Source: an uncultured bacterium (lineage in GTDB: Bacteria; Fermentibacterota; Fermentibacteria; Fermentibacterales; JCC-6). From it: a stretch of DNA of 64,000 bases. Both the position numbers and the translations under genes were made by a program. Positions 8,475 through 18,069 of this stretch are shown in pieces (the stretch's first letter is position 1; each line of letters opens with the position of its first letter). Under the pieces are notes generated by a model. The model was not told where the DNA came from. It made no database searches and saw only the letters and a list, made by a program, of their open reading frames with translations. Location: contig CAZNFQ010000001.1 of the NCBI GenBank assembly GCA_964571965.1, positions 30,531 through 94,530 of the forward strand, written 5' to 3'.

Positions 8475-9212
8475 ATCAAACAGGAAGGTATAAGCCTTTT
8501 CCTCCCGGCGTTCAACGAGGAGGAAAACGTTGAATTCATGGTTAATTCTGCCGCCTCCGTTCTGGAAGACATTACCGGCGGCAGGTGGGAGATCATAATC
8601 GTAGACGACGGCTCAACTGATTCCACCGCAGCCATAGCAGAAAAACTTTCCAAGACAGATTCACGGGTAAGGCTTGTTTCGCATGGCTGCAACAAAGGTT
8701 TCGGCCGTGCCGTTCGTACTGGAATTGAATCTTCCGGAATGGAGTGGATCTTCTACACCGATTGCGACGGCCAGTTCGACCTTCAGGAACTGTCCCTTCT
8801 ATGGCGGGAAAGGAACAGGGCTGATATCATATCCGGGTTCAGAAGAAAACGTAAGGATCCGGGCATGAGGCTTTTTTACTCCCTTATGTGGAACACACTG
8901 ACAACCATGCTGTTTCTAAGATCCTTCAGGGATGTGGACGCTTCTTTCAAACTCTACCGCGCATCGATATTCCAGAGGATCAAACCCCGGTCCACCTGCG
9001 GAGTCATTGATTTCGAGATACTCACACTGGCAAGGGACATGGGCTACAGAGTACTGCAGATTCCTGTTTCCCATTACCCCAGGCGGGCTGGAACCGTGTC
9101 ATTCGAGTCAGTTCGCACCGGCTTCATAGCCTGGGTAAGGATCCGTCCAATACTGGAAATGTTCAGCCAGCTCATGGCATTCCGCAGAAGAACATGGAAG
9201 GGCGAGGTATAG
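8475..9212 (+). CDS. Glycosyltransferase family 2 (Dpm1/polyprenol-phosphate sugar synthase-like)
   Basis: The conserved GT2 N-terminus ISLFLPAFNEEENVE...WEIIIVDDGSTDST lies upstream of the first ATG (8538). The frame is open from the stop at 8442-44 with no ATG/GTG/TTG. ATC 8475, preceded by GGGGAG at 6-nt spacing, is my best start guess. Confidence 0.8.
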   Translation: MKQEGISLFLPAFNEEENVEFMVNSAASVLEDITGGRWEIIIVDDGSTDSTAAIAEKLSKTDSRVRLVSHGCNKGFGRAVRTGIESSGMEWIFYTDCDGQFDLQELSLLWRERNRADIISGFRRKRKDPGMRLFYSLMWNTLTTMLFLRSFRDVDASFKLYRASIFQRIKPRSTCGVIDFEILTLARDMGYRVLQIPVSHYPRRAGTVSFESVRTGFIAWVRIRPILEMFSQLMAFRRRTWKGEV

Positions 9213-9214
9213 CC

Positions 9215-10333
9215 ATGCAGGCTGTCCTTGTAACTCCTCTTCCTCCTCAGCCCACAGGTCTTGCCGACTATGCCAGAAGGATCATTCATCTTACATCGGA
9301 ACACGTTGAGTGGACAGCCGCTTATCCCGAGGGGGCAGAACCCATTCCTGAATGTCCCTGCAAGCCCATCGGTGAGCTTACCCACGAAGAACTCACTGGA
9401 ACCCTTGTGTATCAGGCGGGTAATTCCCCCCACTGCACCCAGGTGCTGGATACTCTTCAGCGTTACCCGGGTAAAGTGCTCTTCCATGAGACGAACCTCC
9501 ATCATGTGCTTAGACAGAGGGCCCACACCACCGGCAACTGGAAAGAATACGAGGAGCATATACGAACTGATTACGGCTCAAGGACCGCTCATGTGCTCAA
9601 AACAATGGGTAGGAAAGCACAAAGCCTTCCGGAGTACGACATGAGACTTAGAAATTTCCCCCTTATTGGAAAACTGGGGGAATCCGCCACAGCCATTGCA
9701 GTTCTAAGTGATACGGCCAGAATGCAGCTGGAGAAACTCTATCCGGAAAGAAATATAAGAAGAATGGGTTTCCTTGCTGATTTTCTTGACAGGGTGGAAC
9801 CGCCTGTAACTGACTACCGGGGTACTGTCATAGGGATAGCAGGCACGTTCCACTACGGCAGGAACTGGGAGGCAATGTCCGAAGCTGTGGCAGAACTGCG
9901 CAAAACAAGGGATTGCAGGCTTCTTGCAGCAGGGGCCGGCTGGCCTCACACAGGGCTTGAATGGATCAGGGTCACTGGAAGGCTGCCTGATCATCAGTTC
10001 AGAAGACAGATAGAACTTTTCGATATTGCACTGGACCTCAGACACGACACATGCAGCGAAACCAGCGGTTCAATGATGGACATACTCAGAAGCGGGAAGC
10101 CTGCTGTCATATCGGATCACGGAAGCTTCAGGGACCTTCCCGCCGATGCTGTGCTGAGAATTCCCCACGAATCAGGTGCCCTCGGCGCCTTCGCGGCAAT
10201 GGAGTACCTGCTGGACAATCCGGACATGGCTCTATCCATGGGGAAGAAAGCGGCGGCTTACTTCGCCAGTGTAAGCGACAGGGAAAAGTGCCTTGCCCAG
10301 TGGATGGATTTCCTGGGAGCAGGCAGGGAATGA
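9215..10333 (+). CDS. Glycosyltransferase family 4/1-like
   Basis: MQAVLVTPLPPQPTGLADYARRI... is a GT-B N-terminus. The C-terminal half has the ...ETSGSMMDILRSGKPAVISD nucleotide-sugar binding pattern. ATG lies 2 nt after the GT2 stop. Confidence 0.7.
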   Translation: MQAVLVTPLPPQPTGLADYARRIIHLTSEHVEWTAAYPEGAEPIPECPCKPIGELTHEELTGTLVYQAGNSPHCTQVLDTLQRYPGKVLFHETNLHHVLRQRAHTTGNWKEYEEHIRTDYGSRTAHVLKTMGRKAQSLPEYDMRLRNFPLIGKLGESATAIAVLSDTARMQLEKLYPERNIRRMGFLADFLDRVEPPVTDYRGTVIGIAGTFHYGRNWEAMSEAVAELRKTRDCRLLAAGAGWPHTGLEWIRVTGRLPDHQFRRQIELFDIALDLRHDTCSETSGSMMDILRSGKPAVISDHGSFRDLPADAVLRIPHESGALGAFAAMEYLLDNPDMALSMGKKAAAYFASVSDREKCLAQWMDFLGAGRE

Positions 10334-11874
10334 GCACACGGATACTTCTCTCTGCTGCTCTGGCTGCACTGGCACTTCCCTGGATAATATCCGCATTTGC
10401 AGCGGGTACCGTGGGAATGTACGCCGATCCCAGGCATGTTCTTTTCCAGGGCGACAGCGACGTTTACGACTGCATATGGCATTTCAGGTGGATGGAGGAC
10501 ACATCGGCACAGGGCAGCGATCCAAGGTCATACAACGGCAGAACCCTTGCCTGGAACAACATGGGATGGCCCGACCTGTTCCTTGCTTCCATTTTTGGCT
10601 GGGGCTACGATACCTCCCTTCTGCTGGGTACGCTTTTCACGGCCCTTGCAGGCTACGTATTCGCCCGTTCATGGGGGCTTGGGAGGAACGGCTCTATCCT
10701 GGCCGCCCTCATACTTGCATGGATGCCGGTACGAACCATAAGGATGTACCAGCATTATCCTCTGGCCTCCACAGGTTACGTTCTCATTTCCCTTGCGATG
10801 ATCCGCAGAACTCTGCTGAAACCGGGGAAGGGGAATCTGATAACCGTATTCGTTTTTTCAGCCCTTGCCACCGCGGAAAGCCTTCAGCACGGCCTGACCA
10901 TCGCCCTGGGCTGGCTGGTTACCGTGTTTCTTTCAGGCAGAAGAGGTTTAAAAAACACACTTCTGTCTGCGGCTCTTCCCGCAGCAGGCTGCATTGCCGG
11001 GGCTCTTTGGCTGTTTACCTCACCGGGGCTCACTGGCACCGATCCGGGGAAGTCATGGCAGGAGGCGGTTTTCTGGGGAGCGGAGATACAGTCCTACTTC
11101 CTTCCGTCGCTTCTTGGTCAGCCCGTTGTAACGGATTACATGCCCAATCCATTCGAAGGGGTTGTAACACCGGGGCTGACCGTGCTGCTGCTTGGTCTTC
11201 TCTGGTGCATCAGGAACAGGAACTGGAAGGCTGTGATCGCGGCATTCTGCATTATGGTTCTATCAGTGGGGCCGCTGTTCAAGTTCCAGGGAATACCCAC
11301 ACCTGTGCCGCTTCCCTACATGCTCATTGCTAAAACCCCATGGCTGTCTGCTGCCAGGGCTCCTGCAAGGCTGGGTATCATCGTGGGGTTCATGGCAGCT
11401 CTGGGTGCAGGAGCTTTCATCGAGAAGAGGGGAAAGGTCATTGGCTGGATCCTTACCGGTCTTGTGCTTCTGGAGCTTACTCCCCTGACGCTTCAGAAGA
11501 TCCACTCCGGAGTACCCTCATTCTATACTGAACGGACCACGAGCAGTCTTAGACTGGAAATACCCTCATCTGAGGCTATAAGAAGATATTCCCTCTTCGA
11601 GGCGGCAGACGGCGTTCCCAGAAGGGTGAAGTTCTTTGCCCGGGGGGGAGAGGACATGATGGAAGGAATTCCTGAGGGGCTGAGGTGGAACCCCTCTGAA
11701 ATGCCACGGAGGGAAGATCTTTCTTCAACCGGAGCAGGGGAAGTCATTTACAACCGCTGGATGTTCCCGGAGGAAGAGAGGGCTCTCTACGATTCCTTAT
11801 ATGCCCCTATCTTCACCCGCAGCGAGAAGGGTGACAGCCTGTGGATATGGCGGAGCAGTGAGAACGGTTCTTGA
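10330..11874 (+). CDS. Polytopic membrane protein, putative GT-C-type glycosyltransferase or polymerase
   Basis: ATG 10330 overlaps the upstream stop (ATGA). The ORF-track extension 10051-10329 is out of frame with, and inside, the GT4 gene. About 12 hydrophobic segments plus a roughly 110-aa C-terminal soluble tail. The family assignment is inference. Confidence 0.6.
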   Translation: MSTRILLSAALAALALPWIISAFAAGTVGMYADPRHVLFQGDSDVYDCIWHFRWMEDTSAQGSDPRSYNGRTLAWNNMGWPDLFLASIFGWGYDTSLLLGTLFTALAGYVFARSWGLGRNGSILAALILAWMPVRTIRMYQHYPLASTGYVLISLAMIRRTLLKPGKGNLITVFVFSALATAESLQHGLTIALGWLVTVFLSGRRGLKNTLLSAALPAAGCIAGALWLFTSPGLTGTDPGKSWQEAVFWGAEIQSYFLPSLLGQPVVTDYMPNPFEGVVTPGLTVLLLGLLWCIRNRNWKAVIAAFCIMVLSVGPLFKFQGIPTPVPLPYMLIAKTPWLSAARAPARLGIIVGFMAALGAGAFIEKRGKVIGWILTGLVLLELTPLTLQKIHSGVPSFYTERTTSSLRLEIPSSEAIRRYSLFEAADGVPRRVKFFARGGEDMMEGIPEGLRWNPSEMPRREDLSSTGAGEVIYNRWMFPEEERALYDSLYAPIFTRSEKGDSLWIWRSSENGS

Positions 11875-12937
11875 TGTAACCCTGTGCGCTCACAGCGCCG
11901 GGGGAGTTGGAAGATGGATCAGAGGCCTTTCCATGGGTCTTTCTCTAAACTCTCCTCTTCACATATCCATCGATCTTCCTGAAACACATCCCCTGAAACC
12001 CTGCCCGGTAACTGAAGCCGTTCCCGTTCCTTCTCCCGACTGGATGGCCATTCCGTTATTACGCAGGTTCATGCTGAAGAAAGCAGGTCTGGAGAAGAGC
12101 AGAGCAGACAGGATCCGTTCGGTTACAGGAGTTCCTGAGATAATGCATCTGTCCGGGGTTCAGCCATACGGAGAGGGACAGAGGAAGGTTGTCACGTTCT
12201 TCGATGACACTCCCTGGACGGAACCGGAGAAGCACACCGCTGAAACCCTGTTCTACGCGGAAAGGCTCAGGAAGCTCATCGAAGAGGGAACGGCGGTTAT
12301 GGCCATAAGCAGCTGGGCTGCTTCAAGGGCCATGGAATTGTTCCAAATACCTTCCGAGAGAATTGGATATGTGGCTGGTGCCGCCGCCGATGTGTTCACA
12401 CCTGGCGAACCGGATACTCTTGTGATGGAGGAATACGGACTGGAAAAGGACGGTTACCTGCTTCACGTGGGTAGTTTCGTTCCCAGAAAGAACATCCCCT
12501 TCCTTCTGGACTGTTTCCGGAAAGCACAGAAGAGGGGGCGCAAGCTGGTCCTGGCAGGTGCCGAGAAGTGGGGAGAGCAGCTGGAGACAGCGGATAAAGA
12601 CATCGTGGTACTCGAGTCCATTTCCGACAATCTGCTTTTATCCCTTTACCGGGGGGCCGAGGTCCTTCTGGTTCCCAGCACCAGTGAAGGGCTTGGACTT
12701 CCTGTTCTGGAGGCTCTGGCCTGCGGTACGCCGGTCATTTCCTCAGACGGCGGGGCACTGAGGGAGACCGTATCGGATTCCGGTCTTCTGCTCCCGGTTA
12801 ACGACACCGATGCCTGGATAGATGCCATAAGCAGCGGAGCATCCCGGGAACTGAAAACAAGGGCGGCAAACGCACCCAGGAATACCTGGGAAAAAACAGG
12901 CGCAGAAGCACTCAGTTTCTACAGGAGTGTTTTGTGA
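11858..12937 (+). CDS. Glycosyltransferase family 4
   Basis: C-terminal motif LVPSTSEGLGLPVLEALACGTPVISSDGGALRE is the GT4 E-x7-E region. GTG 11858 (VRTVLDVTLCAHSAGGVGRW) gives a typical N-terminus. ATG 11801 is the alternative. Confidence 0.85.
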   Translation: MRTVLDVTLCAHSAGGVGRWIRGLSMGLSLNSPLHISIDLPETHPLKPCPVTEAVPVPSPDWMAIPLLRRFMLKKAGLEKSRADRIRSVTGVPEIMHLSGVQPYGEGQRKVVTFFDDTPWTEPEKHTAETLFYAERLRKLIEEGTAVMAISSWAASRAMELFQIPSERIGYVAGAAADVFTPGEPDTLVMEEYGLEKDGYLLHVGSFVPRKNIPFLLDCFRKAQKRGRKLVLAGAEKWGEQLETADKDIVVLESISDNLLLSLYRGAEVLLVPSTSEGLGLPVLEALACGTPVISSDGGALRETVSDSGLLLPVNDTDAWIDAISSGASRELKTRAANAPRNTWEKTGAEALSFYRSVL

Positions 12938-14178
12938 AAATACTGTACCTGATCCACAGAAGCTGGCCATACCACGGCGGTTCTGAAAGGTACGTACTTG
13001 AACACGCTCTGGCCTCGGTACGAAGAGGGCACGAAGCAGTCATTGCAACCACAGATGCCTGGGATATGTCCGCATTCGTCTCACGGGGTAAAAGGAGGAT
13101 CACCCCCGCAGGGAAGATCGTCCACCGGGGAATAGAGATCATCAGATTTCCTGTGGTAAATCCTCCCTTCCAGAATTTACTGAGAGCGTTTTTGAGAAGA
13201 ATCGCTCCCGGTGGGCCCGACAGGTTTTTCTATCCGAATCCCTTCGTACCTGAAATGGATAAATGGCTCAGACAGGATCATGGTTTCCACCTTGTCCACG
13301 CGAATGCCATGCCGTTCCTTATACACGGCGGCTACAGGTACTCAGTTGAAAATGAAGTTCCACTGGTAGTGGTTCCCCATGCCAACATAGGCGGTCCTGA
13401 TAAACGGATAACTCCTATTCACTACTTCCGGGGGGACCAGAAGAAGATTTTTCGCGGAGCTGATCTCATGGTTGCCCAGAACAGCTTCGAAGCTTCGGTT
13501 TACCTTGAAGAATGCAGGGTCTCTCCTGAAAAGATCATTGTTCACGGAAGCGGTATCGATCCCGGGGAATGGCACAGTGTTTCACCCGAAGATGCCTTGA
13601 AAGCTCTTTCCATCCCGGCTGGTGTTCCCATAGTATTAAGCGTTACCGCTCACTGCAGGGACAAGGGTTCCTTTACACTCCTCGATTCCGCTGTGCGCCT
13701 TTGGAAAGAAGGACTGGATTTCTTTCTTGTAATGGCGGGTCCAGTGATGGATGACTTCAGGCAGTACCTGGACGGGAAATCCGCCGAGTTGCCGGACGGG
13801 AAGCTGATCGTTCCCGGCTACATAACCGAGAAGGTCAGAAAAGACATTTTCGCCGCCGCAGGGGTTGTGGCAGCACCATCCAGACTGGATGCATTCGGAA
13901 TTGTGTTACTGGACGGCTGGATATCGGGCAAACCTGTGATAGGATGTAACGCAGGGGGTATGCCCGACCTCATTCGGCACGGCAAAGACGGTTTTCTCGT
14001 CCAGTTCGATGATGCGGCAGACCTTGCCGGAAGGATAAAGGAACTGCTTGAGAACAGTGACCTGGCGGAAACCCTGGGAAGTGCGGGAAGGGAAAAAACC
14101 CTTAGCAACCATACATGGGAAAAAGTTACGGACCGTTTCTTCCATGAACTTGAAAAGAGGGGGATTTGCACAGGGTAA
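12934..14178 (+). CDS. Glycosyltransferase family 4
   Basis: VKILYLIHRSWPYHGGSERYV... N-terminus. C-terminal AAPSRLDAFGIVLLDGWISGKPVIGCNAGGMPDLI. GTG overlaps the upstream stop (GTGA). Confidence 0.85.
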   Translation: MKILYLIHRSWPYHGGSERYVLEHALASVRRGHEAVIATTDAWDMSAFVSRGKRRITPAGKIVHRGIEIIRFPVVNPPFQNLLRAFLRRIAPGGPDRFFYPNPFVPEMDKWLRQDHGFHLVHANAMPFLIHGGYRYSVENEVPLVVVPHANIGGPDKRITPIHYFRGDQKKIFRGADLMVAQNSFEASVYLEECRVSPEKIIVHGSGIDPGEWHSVSPEDALKALSIPAGVPIVLSVTAHCRDKGSFTLLDSAVRLWKEGLDFFLVMAGPVMDDFRQYLDGKSAELPDGKLIVPGYITEKVRKDIFAAAGVVAAPSRLDAFGIVLLDGWISGKPVIGCNAGGMPDLIRHGKDGFLVQFDDAADLAGRIKELLENSDLAETLGSAGREKTLSNHTWEKVTDRFFHELEKRGICTG

Positions 14179-15338
14179 CGGCGGCTGTGGTAACCTACCA
14201 GGGAGAGGGTCTTATCAGTGATCTTGCAGAAACCCTCCATGGGCTTCCGGGGGTAAAATGTGTAATTTATGACAGCGGTTCAACGGATTCCACAACCGAC
14301 CTTATATTGGAAACAATACCCCGGGCAAAACTGATCTCAGGGGAAAACAGGGGGTTTGGCCACGGAAACAACCGCTGTATTGAAAATATCCGAAGCGAGT
14401 ACACACTTCTTCTTAACAGTGACGCCCGGATAAATGAAGAATCCCTTGCCCTTCTTGTGAAATTCCTTGATGAAAACCCGGCCTTTGCCGGCGTACAGCC
14501 CGTTGTTAAGATCTGGGGCTGGCCTCTCGTTACCGCATCCAGGGGGGTATTCCTTACAAAGTACGGAGAAGCATGGGACAGCGGATTCATGCACCTGGAA
14601 CCCTTCGTTCCATCAGAGCCCCTGGAGGTGCCCGCGATCACAGCGGCGGTGTCTCTCTGGAGAACCAGCGTCTTAAGATCGGTGGGGGGATTCGACGAAG
14701 ATTTCTTCATGTACTTCGAAGATGCCGATCTCTCTCTCAGGGTACAGGCGGAAGGATGGAAACTTGCCGTGGCTGCGGCCTCTGTGGCAGAGCACATGGT
14801 TGGGGCATCCAGCAGCAGGAGGGAAGCAGTTCTATGGGAACTCGCTTCTTCGGTAATAATGTTCAGAAGGTATATGGGTAGTTCCCCGGGAACTCTGCTG
14901 CGCAGAGAAATCCGTTTTCTTGCGGGTAACCTGCTCCGCGGCAGAAATCCGATACCCCGCATAAAGACCTTTCTGTCGGCTGCAGGGAAAAGTGTGAAAA
15001 CGGTTGAACTTCCGGAAAGGCTCAGGTCAACGCTGTTCGGTACAGCCTCGGACATGCCTCTTAAAAGGCCTGAAAGGGGTAGCCCCGGTCCGGGCTGGCA
15101 GGGATCCCTGGCTTCCCCATGGGCAGGGGTAAGGCTGAATTCAGATAAAGTCTCGATAACACTGGAATCAACGGGACACGCTGTAACGGGAGTACTGCTC
15201 GAAGGTGGAGGAGAAATCCTTCGAAGGTTCACCATTCCCAAAGGAGGAAGCAGAAATTACCGACTGGCAGTTCCAGCACGGGTTGTTTACATTAAATGCG
15301 ACATGAATGATGACAATGTAAAGGTTGACATACAATGA
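14166..15338 (+). CDS. Glycosyltransferase family 2 (rhamnosyltransferase-like)
   Basis: AAVVTYQGE...VIYDSGSTDST...LLLNSDARI...FFMYFEDADLSLR are GT2 DxD/ED motifs. TTG start. Confidence 0.8.
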   Translation: MHRVTAAVVTYQGEGLISDLAETLHGLPGVKCVIYDSGSTDSTTDLILETIPRAKLISGENRGFGHGNNRCIENIRSEYTLLLNSDARINEESLALLVKFLDENPAFAGVQPVVKIWGWPLVTASRGVFLTKYGEAWDSGFMHLEPFVPSEPLEVPAITAAVSLWRTSVLRSVGGFDEDFFMYFEDADLSLRVQAEGWKLAVAAASVAEHMVGASSSRREAVLWELASSVIMFRRYMGSSPGTLLRREIRFLAGNLLRGRNPIPRIKTFLSAAGKSVKTVELPERLRSTLFGTASDMPLKRPERGSPGPGWQGSLASPWAGVRLNSDKVSITLESTGHAVTGVLLEGGGEILRRFTIPKGGSRNYRLAVPARVVYIKCDMNDDNVKVDIQ

Positions 15339-16096
15339 CATCGGTTATTCTCGCCGGGTGGTGCGCCGCCTCTGCTGCTGTTCTCTTCCGCGGTTTCTCC
15401 ACAGAACTGATCTCACTGGTTCCCCTGGCGGTTGCTGCGGGCCTTGCTTCGGGAACGGTTCTGTTCCCGGCGGCCGTGCTTCTGTTTTCACTGTGTCTCA
15501 TGGCTCCTGATGCAACTCCCTGGGCTGTTCTTGCGGGAAGTCTTCTGTTCTCCGTTTCGGGCAAAGGCATGGGGCTCAGGATAACCGGGTTCGTAATGGC
15601 AGCGTGCATTCTCTGGTTCGTCCCGGTAAGATTTTCCGTTCCCGTCCTTCTGGTGTCCGCCGCAGGCGCATTTTTCCATAAAAGACCCGGGATCGTTTAC
15701 CTTGCAGCGGCCTGCACATTCATTGTTTCAGCGCTGTTTTTCGGCATTCCCCGGAGGGCCGTGGAAGAAGATCGCATGGCGGTTTCCAGAATAGAGAACG
15801 GTACCATCAGTTATGAAACGGAGCATCTGTACACCGGCAGCGGAGAATTGCTCCTTCCCGCACCCGTTTCCGGAAGATGGCTGATGTGGCTCGCGGTGGA
15901 CCCCGGGGGCGTAAGGGATACCCTGCCCATGATAGCGGTGTGCATCGATGAGAACATGCTCTTTCTCCCCGCAGGCCCGGATACTCTGTGTTTCACCTTC
16001 CAGCCTGGAGATACCCTTAGTGTAAAGCTCATGAGGGGGTACAGGCCATTTCTTCACCCGGTTGTGCATGTATCCGCAGGAGGGGAAATACTGTGA
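15335..16096 (+). CDS. Hypothetical membrane protein
   Basis: About 5 N-terminal hydrophobic segments, then a roughly 110-aa soluble C-terminus. ATGA overlap upstream and GTGA overlap downstream. No family recognised. Confidence 0.6.
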   Translation: MTSVILAGWCAASAAVLFRGFSTELISLVPLAVAAGLASGTVLFPAAVLLFSLCLMAPDATPWAVLAGSLLFSVSGKGMGLRITGFVMAACILWFVPVRFSVPVLLVSAAGAFFHKRPGIVYLAAACTFIVSALFFGIPRRAVEEDRMAVSRIENGTISYETEHLYTGSGELLLPAPVSGRWLMWLAVDPGGVRDTLPMIAVCIDENMLFLPAGPDTLCFTFQPGDTLSVKLMRGYRPFLHPVVHVSAGGEIL

Positions 16097-18069
16097 GAGA
16101 ATTTCTTCGTTCCCATTCCATGATGGCAGCCTCTTTTCTTTTTGCCGTGTGGGTGTTCGGTGTATGGAAGCTCACCGGCATGCCTTCCCCGGGTTTTCTC
16201 GGACGTCTGATCCCCTTTGCCTGGGTTCTGGCAGGTATTCTCTCGGGAAAATCCAGAATCAGCGCCTGGTTCACTCCCGTTTCCGTGTTCTATACAGTAT
16301 CGGCATGGTTATGGATGATCTATGAACCGGGATGGCTCATTGCGGCAGGGGCAGCTGTGGCAGGGCTTATCCTCTGGGGAATTCAGATTTCCCCAAGGGG
16401 ACGCGCAGGTCTTGTCCGTGCTCTTGTGCCGGTTCTTGCAATTGTTCTGTTCACGGCAGATGTGAACAGTGACGAGGTGAGATTTGCGGAGATATCCGCA
16501 TCGATCACAGGCATAACCAGTGAAAATTACGGAGAGGCGCATTTCAGATCCGGAGACATAAGTCCGGATACGGGTCATCACACGCCTCTTTATCCCGCTC
16601 TGATATCTCCGGGGCTTCTTCTTGGAGACCGTGGTCTGAGGATCGTTCCTGTGATCATCACCTTTGCGGCAGTGCTGCTTCTGGGTAAGCTTGCAGGTCC
16701 TGTACCTGCCGCCGCGGCCGCTCTTCTTTATCCCGGCTTCAGCACCCTGGGACTGGCCATGACCGGCTGGCTGGCAGTGGGACTGTTCTCGCTATGGCTG
16801 CTCTTAAGTATGAAGCGCATGAAACTGCCTGTGCGAATCCTTATTGCTGTCATTCTGGTGGCGTTGAAAATGAGGTACATCGGATTGGCGGCGGGAATGA
16901 TACTTGTGGAATACATCTCAATGAGGAAGATAAGGGGAAAGTGGATCCTGCCGGCTTCCATCGTTGCAGGAGCCTTTCTGTTCCTTGCAGCGGACAGATA
17001 CATTCTGGGAGGTGAGCTGTTCTGGTTAAGATACGGAAACTCCGGAATGATCAGACTTATATGGATGAATCTGTTTCACCGCCCGGTGGAAACCCTGTCC
17101 AATGCCGGGTGGAGTCTTCTGGACCCCGAGGCAGGTCTTTTCTTCAGAGCCCCATGGACAATTCCTGCTCTATACGGCGTCTGGAAACTTGCAGCAAGGT
17201 CACCAGAACTCTTCAAAAAGACATTGATCCCCTCACTTCTGTACTGGGCGTTTCTCATAGTATGGTCCGCCACTTCATGGCACGGTCTGCCTGCACCTGC
17301 AGGAAGGGTGTTCCTGCCGCTGGTTCCAATGCTTGCCTTTGGTCTGGGGGAAGTGTGGAACAGAAAGGAGACAAGGCTTCTTGTGATTCTCTCGGTGCTC
17401 TTTTCCTCCGCGGTATCAGTGTATCCACATGCCCGGTCTAATTTTGCCGACGGTACGGATACTGTAATGGCCCTTTTGGGAACTGCTTCCGGTTTCTCCA
17501 TGGTGAGGAGTTCAGGTCTGTACATGTTACTGGGATTGATCCCGGCCGCGGCGTTTCTTCTTATAATGAAAAGAGACCGGTTTCCACGGGGATTCATGGT
17601 TCTGATTGTTTTCTCGGCTGCTCTTGCCGCAGGTCTTCAGGGACCCGTAAAGGACGCCGAAGACCTTTCCGGAAGGAATGTTCAGGGAGCGCTGATCTAT
17701 CCCGCTGATCCCGACCCTGTAATCAGGTATTTCTGGTTCGGCAGCCGGGAGAGAATGCTCTGTATGTCATGCGAAGGGCAATCCATCAGCTTCGAGGGCA
17801 CATCTCCGGGCGATACCCTGTTAATGGAGGCGGCATCTTCAGGAGGGTTGATCGTTGTGCAGGAAGACACCATTCTGGTGCAAACGGGTCTTCAGGCGCT
17901 TCCCGAAGAGTACCTGACCATGGGAAGAAGGCCTGGCGATACGCCTGACCTACCGGAAAACAGGCTGATGCATATCTACAAAATACCTCTCCGCTTTGCA
18001 GCAGGGAAGGTGCTGGTGGTTCACGGCGGGGGCGATCCGGTGTACATAGACAGGATAGGTGTTCTGTGA
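16093..18069 (+). CDS. Polytopic membrane glycosyltransferase, ArnT/PMT-like (GT-C)
   Basis: 658 aa. ...DTGHHTPLYPALISPGLLLGDRGLRIVPVIITFAAVLLL resembles the GT39/GT83 loop-plus-TM pattern. Many TM segments plus a soluble C-terminal domain. Confidence 0.6.
   Translation: MREFLRSHSMMAASFLFAVWVFGVWKLTGMPSPGFLGRLIPFAWVLAGILSGKSRISAWFTPVSVFYTVSAWLWMIYEPGWLIAAGAAVAGLILWGIQISPRGRAGLVRALVPVLAIVLFTADVNSDEVRFAEISASITGITSENYGEAHFRSGDISPDTGHHTPLYPALISPGLLLGDRGLRIVPVIITFAAVLLLGKLAGPVPAAAAALLYPGFSTLGLAMTGWLAVGLFSLWLLLSMKRMKLPVRILIAVILVALKMRYIGLAAGMILVEYISMRKIRGKWILPASIVAGAFLFLAADRYILGGELFWLRYGNSGMIRLIWMNLFHRPVETLSNAGWSLLDPEAGLFFRAPWTIPALYGVWKLAARSPELFKKTLIPSLLYWAFLIVWSATSWHGLPAPAGRVFLPLVPMLAFGLGEVWNRKETRLLVILSVLFSSAVSVYPHARSNFADGTDTVMALLGTASGFSMVRSSGLYMLLGLIPAAAFLLIMKRDRFPRGFMVLIVFSAALAAGLQGPVKDAEDLSGRNVQGALIYPADPDPVIRYFWFGSRERMLCMSCEGQSISFEGTSPGDTLLMEAASSGGLIVVQEDTILVQTGLQALPEEYLTMGRRPGDTPDLPENRLMHIYKIPLRFAAGKVLVVHGGGDPVYIDRIGVL

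Noticed and set aside
10051-10329. N-terminal extensions given by the ORF track (this one, plus 4244-4300, 22877-23035, 56543-56860, 52700-52777, 59783-59908, 18776-18853, 36364-36405 and 7976-8026)
   Set aside because: Each extension lies inside the preceding gene or over promoter elements. Each lacks homology to the family N-terminus. Each is replaced by a downstream start with an SD and/or a 1-4-nt stop-start overlap that yields the canonical N-terminus.
14267-15241. 324-aa reverse-strand ORF
   Set aside because: It is antisense to the GT2 gene, which carries clear DxD/ED motifs. Its composition is Ser/Pro/Arg-rich, typical of shadow ORFs in GC-rich coding DNA. The same reasoning applies to 19744-20631, 43490-44401, 45036-45770, 46427-47119, 60022-60921, 2867-3688, 27278-28108 and 57799-58479.
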